This document shows, piece by piece, positions 58,238 through 64,000 of a DNA stretch of 64,000 bases. The stretch is from Octopus vulgaris. Taxonomy: Eukaryota. The position numbers and the translations under genes are program-made. Positions within the stretch are counted from its first letter, which is position 1, and every line of letters starts with the position of its first letter. Location: the NCBI GenBank assembly GCA_951406725.2, contig OX597824.1:92380001-92444000 (forward strand), in the 5' to 3' direction. The notes beneath the pieces were generated by a model. That model was not told where the DNA came from, did not search any database, and saw only the letters and a program-made list of their open reading frames with translations.

Positions 58238-58739
58238 TATTATGAGTTGAAGACGGGCAGGATGACTCCCCTTCACGGATACTGAGAGGACACAGATAGT
58301 GTGTCTATAGCCAGCTGGAGGAGATATCTTCCTGGGGCTACAAACTACAGTAGCATCCATGGGTTAGCCATATTCAAATGGCAAATATGCGTCACTATAT
58401 ATATATATATATATATATATTAGTAGTGAGTAATATTCTCGTAGCCCCTGTAACCGTTTGCACATGAATAATTTTGAAATATGTTTGAGATATACCATGG
58501 CTTTTATATATAAATATCAGACAGCGAATCATAATTTCAGTTATTACAAGATCACTGAAGTAAAAAACAATGCGAATGTTTTAATTGAAAGATCATCATC
58601 AGCCGATGGAACTTTCTTATATGGACTAGATCCTCTGCCAGTTAATGATGGCCGTGCATTTACGCAGCTTGGCAGGTTGGGATCGTGGGGGGGGAGACTT
58701 GTATTCTTTAATGAATACAAATTTTCATTTGATGATACT

Positions 58740-59065
58740 AAATCTTGGTCGTCTGTTGGTCACCCTGACGGGTATCACAGTAAATCCGATCAGCAAAACA
58801 GCCGACTTTTGAAATGAACGTGCAAGTGACTCGGTAACTGCACAAACACTAGTAGCAGTCACGAAGTTCTCCATAATTTTCAGCGTGAGATAGAATTTGA
58901 AGAGGCTAACATTTTGAATTCCTGATGCAACACATATTTGCAAGATGAGAGAACTGGAGCAAAGTGAATTAAATTGTATTGCACAACGAAACAAGGCGCC
59001 GCGGGGAATCGAACTCTAGATTTTACGACCGTGAGCCGGATTTTACTAACTGCTAATTTACGTGC
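58740..59065 (-). mobile_element. Degenerate SINE family C
   Basis: GGAATCGAACTC B-box complement, CTGGAGCAAAGTGAA core and AACGTGCAAGTGACT tail. Confidence 0.6.
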
Positions 59066-59397
59066 CTTTACTTCCATGATACTGACATTAAATCAAAAGG
59101 CAGCAACACTATCTTGAGCAGAAGGACTTAGCTTCTATCATCATTTCAAGGTATTTAAAAAGAAGCCAATGCCCCACGATATCACCGCGCCCCGCCGACA
59201 CTTTCCGATTTCTATCAATCTATTGCCTGTTGGACGTGCTTTATTCATCCACCGCTAACCTAGTAGGATTTGAACTCACAATGCATACTCAGAACATATA
59301 CTAAAGGTCATTTCATCCAACGGCACCTACCTATACGCCAACTTCCGTTTAAATATAAAGTTCTACTTCCAAGCATTTACGATGTTAATGTTAATCA

Positions 59398-60100
59398 TTG
59401 GGTTGCCAACTAAGTTCCCTCCGTCTTTTTAAATTTTGCAATTTATTGCGTTTTTAAATTTTAAAATCTATTTTTTTCGAGAATTCAATTTTGAATCATT
59501 TTGGAATCTTTTTTTTTTTTCTAGTTAATTTTAGTTAATTTTTGTTTATTTTCAGATCGTTAAAACGGAATGTCAAGTCAAGAAAACGAGCATTTTCTAC
59601 GCCTCCTTCTTTTTGTTTTTAATCAAGGTTCTAAGGCCGCAAAAGCTGCTCGCGACATTTGTGATGTGTATGGAGAGGATGCTATAACTGAAAGAACCGC
59701 TCGTGATTGGTATGCCAAGTTCAAAACTGGAAATTTTGACCTCAATGACGCACTTCGTTCCGGCCGTCCAGTTGAGTTCGATGAAGAGCGATTAAACCAA
59801 ATTTTGCACAAAAATTCTCGTCAAATGACAAAGGAACAGGCAGAGAAAATGGAATGATCCAACACTGCTATGGTGAAGCATCTTCACTCGATGGAAAAGG
59901 TTCAGAAGTATGGAGCATGGGTTCCGCATGATTTAAATGACAAGAACAAAAGAATCAACGGGCCACAATTTCCGCTGGTTTGCTTGTTCATCACCGCTCA
60001 ACTCATGGATACAAGCAACGATTTCTTTACCGAATCGTTACTAGCGACGAAAAAAGGTGCCTGTACATCAATATGAAGCAGTGTAAGGAATGGCCGACCC
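59398..60100 (+). mobile_element. Mariner transposon, 5' part (3'-truncated)
   Basis: TIR-like TTGGGTTGCCAACTAAGTTCCC followed by a T-rich 5' UTR and a disrupted transposase. Confidence 0.88.
59570..60100 (+). pseudogene. Mariner (Tc1/mariner) transposase pseudogene
   Basis: HTH region AARDICDVYGEDAITERTARDWYAKFKTGNFDLND..RSGRP, linker WVPHDL and first catalytic Asp motif RIVTSDEK. Stop at 59855 and a frameshift near 59950. Confidence 0.93.
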
Positions 60101-60851
60101 CGGTTACTTTTGATGAAACGTCAAGAGGTGGTCTCGGACAAACACATCCACGAAGACACACACAGATTTATACATAATACAAGCATACATACATATGACA
60201 AGCTTGCTTCAATTTAACTCTGATATCGTTGCCCAAGGTGCCATGCAGTTGGACTGAACTGATAACGATGTACTCAACATAACCCTTCCCCTCAAAATTC
60301 AGATCAATAGTAGAAAGGATTATAAATGTACAAAGCGGGGAGCTAGGAAGAATTTCACTGCATCGGAAGAATGGTTTTCCATCTCCTTACGTTCTGAGCT
60401 CACCAGCTTTCAAGCATCTGGAGTCGATTAAATAAGAACTACTTGACCTCTGGGGTCAATCTAATCGACGTACATATTTCTCTAAAATAGCTCTACTATA
60501 TGTTTGAGCTGTATGTGTTAGGGGATGTAATTCCAGTCTATGGAATACCAAACCAATCAATCACAGATGTCTTCAGATGCAGGCTTCCATATATTTAAAT
60601 CGACAACTATATTAACATTGAACGAGTATTAAAATCTCAGAATGTAACTCTACCTTCCACCACTTAACTTTTCTTACTATCGCATACAATCTATACTTCA
60701 AACATGCGCACATCTAGTCAGATTTTACACAAAATTTCTCATACACATACATGCATTCGAACACAGGCACATGCTCTAACATATATAATCCAGTTGAGAA
60801 GTATACATGCATACGTGTGTATAACCGTACACATGTATTTTTCTATCTATC

Positions 60852-60900
<49 letters not shown>

Positions 60901-60950
60901 TATATATATATTTGATTATATATATATATATATGATTATATATATATTTG

Positions 60951-60994
<44 letters not shown>

Positions 60995-61036
60995 TTTACA
61001 TATGTATCTGTCTCTCTACATATACAGTTATATACT

Positions 61037-61083
<47 letters not shown>

Positions 61084-61196
61084 GTATATATTTACATTTT
61101 TATATCTAAATGTATACACTTATATTTACATATGTCTCTCTATATATATATGCTCGTATCTATATTATATATATATATGTGTGTGTGTGTGTATGT

Positions 61197-61231
<35 letters not shown>

Positions 61232-61924
61232 GATATAGATATACACATATATATATTTATATATCTAAATTTATACGCATATATATTTACACATTTATCT
61301 GTCTCTCTATACACTGGTATATATATATATATTTAAAATGTGTTTGTGTATGTGTATGTGTTTGTGCGTGTATTTGCGCGTATATGCGAGTGTGTGAGAA
61401 TGTGTGTGCATTTACATACATACACACACACCCAATACAAGAAACCACACACACACAGACATTTGCTCGACACAAAGTGTGATACAAGTTCTTCCTCATT
61501 ATTGCTTTTATGTATTTATGATTTGATGCACGATACGCATACAATATGGACGTAAGCAGATTTTCATAAAACATTCACGTAATAAAATGAATGCGTTAAA
61601 ACGACAGGAACTTATTGAAAGACACATAAGAGGCAGTCATTGAATGAGAAGAATTACATATACACGTAGGAGTAAATTCCATTTCAGAGACTTGCATTTC
61701 ACTTTATAATTCTCTTGTTCTGTTAAGGTTTCCAAATATATACAGCGTGATAATACACGAATCTGATGCAGTTTTCAGTCTTCGTTATTTCCAACAATCA
61801 CGTGAAATCTCCGCGCACATAGAGAGAGAGGAGGCTAGAGTGGCATAAACATATGTGCATGGAACACTCACACACATCATATACACACATGAATATATAA
61901 ACATATATACATGGATGCAAGTAT

Positions 61925-61958
<34 letters not shown>

Positions 61959-62008
61959 TCATGTAAATGCTATATACACATATGCATATATATATATATA
62001 TAAATATA

Positions 62009-62130
<122 letters not shown>

Positions 62131-63816
62131 CATGTATGTATGTATATGTATATAATGATACAGGATTAGCTAAGTTTTAGATAATGTATAATATAATCTC
62201 GCGAGAATTTTCTGAAAGTGCTAGGAAAATAGACGCCATGAGTATGGCCCATAGATTTGAAACTGAGTGGTGATATTAGTATTATATATTTCTAAGCTTA
62301 ATTATCTTTCACACGTTACTAGCAACACTTAATCTGTGTGACACAGCTGGTTTCCGTTTGAATAATGTAGAATTAATAACTTACATATTTTGGGTTTCAA
62401 ATGTTACTGGTTAATTCATACTGGAGATTCAAGTTATATATTCCCTCTCAATGTAGCCACGTGGTTAATAAGTTCTATTATCTTTGGTCCTAGCAATAAA
62501 TGTCCTTAACTGTAGCTGAAGCAGGGGACAATGATTACCAAAAATAGTTGGTAATTTCTGTATTGAAAATTCATAAATCTTTTGTCGTGTCTTGTGGTTG
62601 CATAATCGCTTTAGTTGCACAGTCGGAAATTTGGATGGGAGCCATTTAGTCGTCGATTATAGAGACACCAGTACATGACTGGTATTTATTTTATCGTAGA
62701 AGAAACGATGGAAAGTGAAGTTGCATTTGAACTGAGATGGGTTGCAATGGAATGCAATCCTCCGGACGTGGGTTGTCACTCTAGTTAGTGCTGCGGTAGA
62801 ACGAGTTTTGGCCATAGTGCATGGGGACCCCTTTAGCAAAGAAATTTACATCCTGAACAAACTCACGCCATTGGCTGGATTGCTTTTGGTCCAATTCTCC
62901 CACACCCATTTTTTAAACAAAAACCCAACGGAGATGGGATAAGGATAGTGAGAGCAGGTTTTGGTGAAACTAGAAGCTCCTAGTTCGTTCTTGAACGTTG
63001 GCGACAGATGCAAGACGGTCGGCTTCTTGGGACTTGGGGATAACCCAGGGATTCGTTCCTGTATCTGCAACTGGGCAGACCTATTTGCGAACACCACTGC
63101 TCACCTTGAATAGAGAAGGCCCTAAAAAAGGTGGGCTACAAGCATTCTGGCTGATAAGCCGCGTGCAGCAAGACAACCCATATCATTCATTTGAAGAGAG
63201 AATATAGAGTCGGACGAAAGCTTGCTGAACATATATCTCTACGCAGTAACGTATTTGTGTTCGTTGTCTTTGCTGGAGGATATGATAAAAAATTTTGTGC
63301 GTTCTACAAATCAAAAAAGTAAATAAAAATGGTCTTAAAATGGATTTTTAAACAATCTTTTCTTCTGTTTTAAATTTTTACTGGGCTAAGCGAGAGGAAA
63401 ACGAAAGTGAAAAACACCGAAATTCAAGCGCGGCTCTTGCATGTTTCACAAAGTGAACTATGACAACAATGCAAAGATCTGTTTTCACGACCATTGTAAC
63501 TGCCGAGCTAAACTAAACTGGAATCAAATTTCTAGATAACTACCTTTAAGCATACACTGGAATTAGATTATAAAATGCATGTTGGTTACGCTTTTAAGCT
63601 TGGGCGCCATGTCCGCGCAAATATGCAATTGATTCGACCACAAAAGGAAAATGAAATCCATATTACATCCGGTTCCAACCGTACTCCGAAAAGCACTTTC
63701 TCAATATCTTAACAGTTAAATATTTAAATATGCAGGAGATAATACGCGATATTTTTGGTCGCTTACATATTTATGTATATTTCAGTTCAATTTAGTCGTA
63801 CGTATATTCACACGCG

Positions 63817-63863
<47 letters not shown>

Positions 63864-64000
63864 ACACTCAGACCTGTATATATTAAATCTACACACAAAC
63901 ACACATTCACACTCGTACTCATTAACATGCACATCCCCCCAAAGACAAATGCATTGTAAACGTACACACAGATATACATTCACATTCGCACTCATCCCCC

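Larger units (their letters stand above)
57780..58395. mobile_element. Retrozyme-like element family 1: partial minus copy (57780-58034) plus full plus-strand monomer (58036-58395)
   Basis: Homologous to 15001-15430 with the same two outer termini. CAAATATGCGTCAC at 58036 and 58382 gives a 346-bp period. Flanked by (TA)n on both sides. Confidence 0.88.

Noticed and set aside
62740-63190. GC-richer block with short inverted ends GGGTTGTC/GACAACCC
   Set aside because: An 8-bp match is too short, with no TSD or second copy in the window to define an element.

Overview
AT-rich, repeat-saturated eukaryotic non-coding DNA. The repeat content resembles octopus/coleoid cephalopod sequence, which is my inference from remembered SINE families. 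I find no confident host protein-coding gene; nearly all listed ORFs are translations of microsatellites. The window holds many tRNA-headed SINEs of several families, two non-autonomous Helitrons, mariner and pogo relics, and RTE and CR1 LINE fragments. The most notable signal is a set of ~330-350-bp non-coding retroelements carrying minimal type I hammerhead ribozymes (retrozyme/Penelope-associated). There are two related families at 15.0, 55.7 and 57.8 kb, plus a relic at 17.5 kb. They show more-than-monomer terminal redundancy, internal inversions, shared termini and conserved secondary structure. One hammerhead (58193-58237) has a fully canonical core. A tRNA-headed element with a hammerhead-like tail lies at 38.9-39.2 kb. 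All alignments and folds were done by eye; coordinates of degenerate repeats are approximate.
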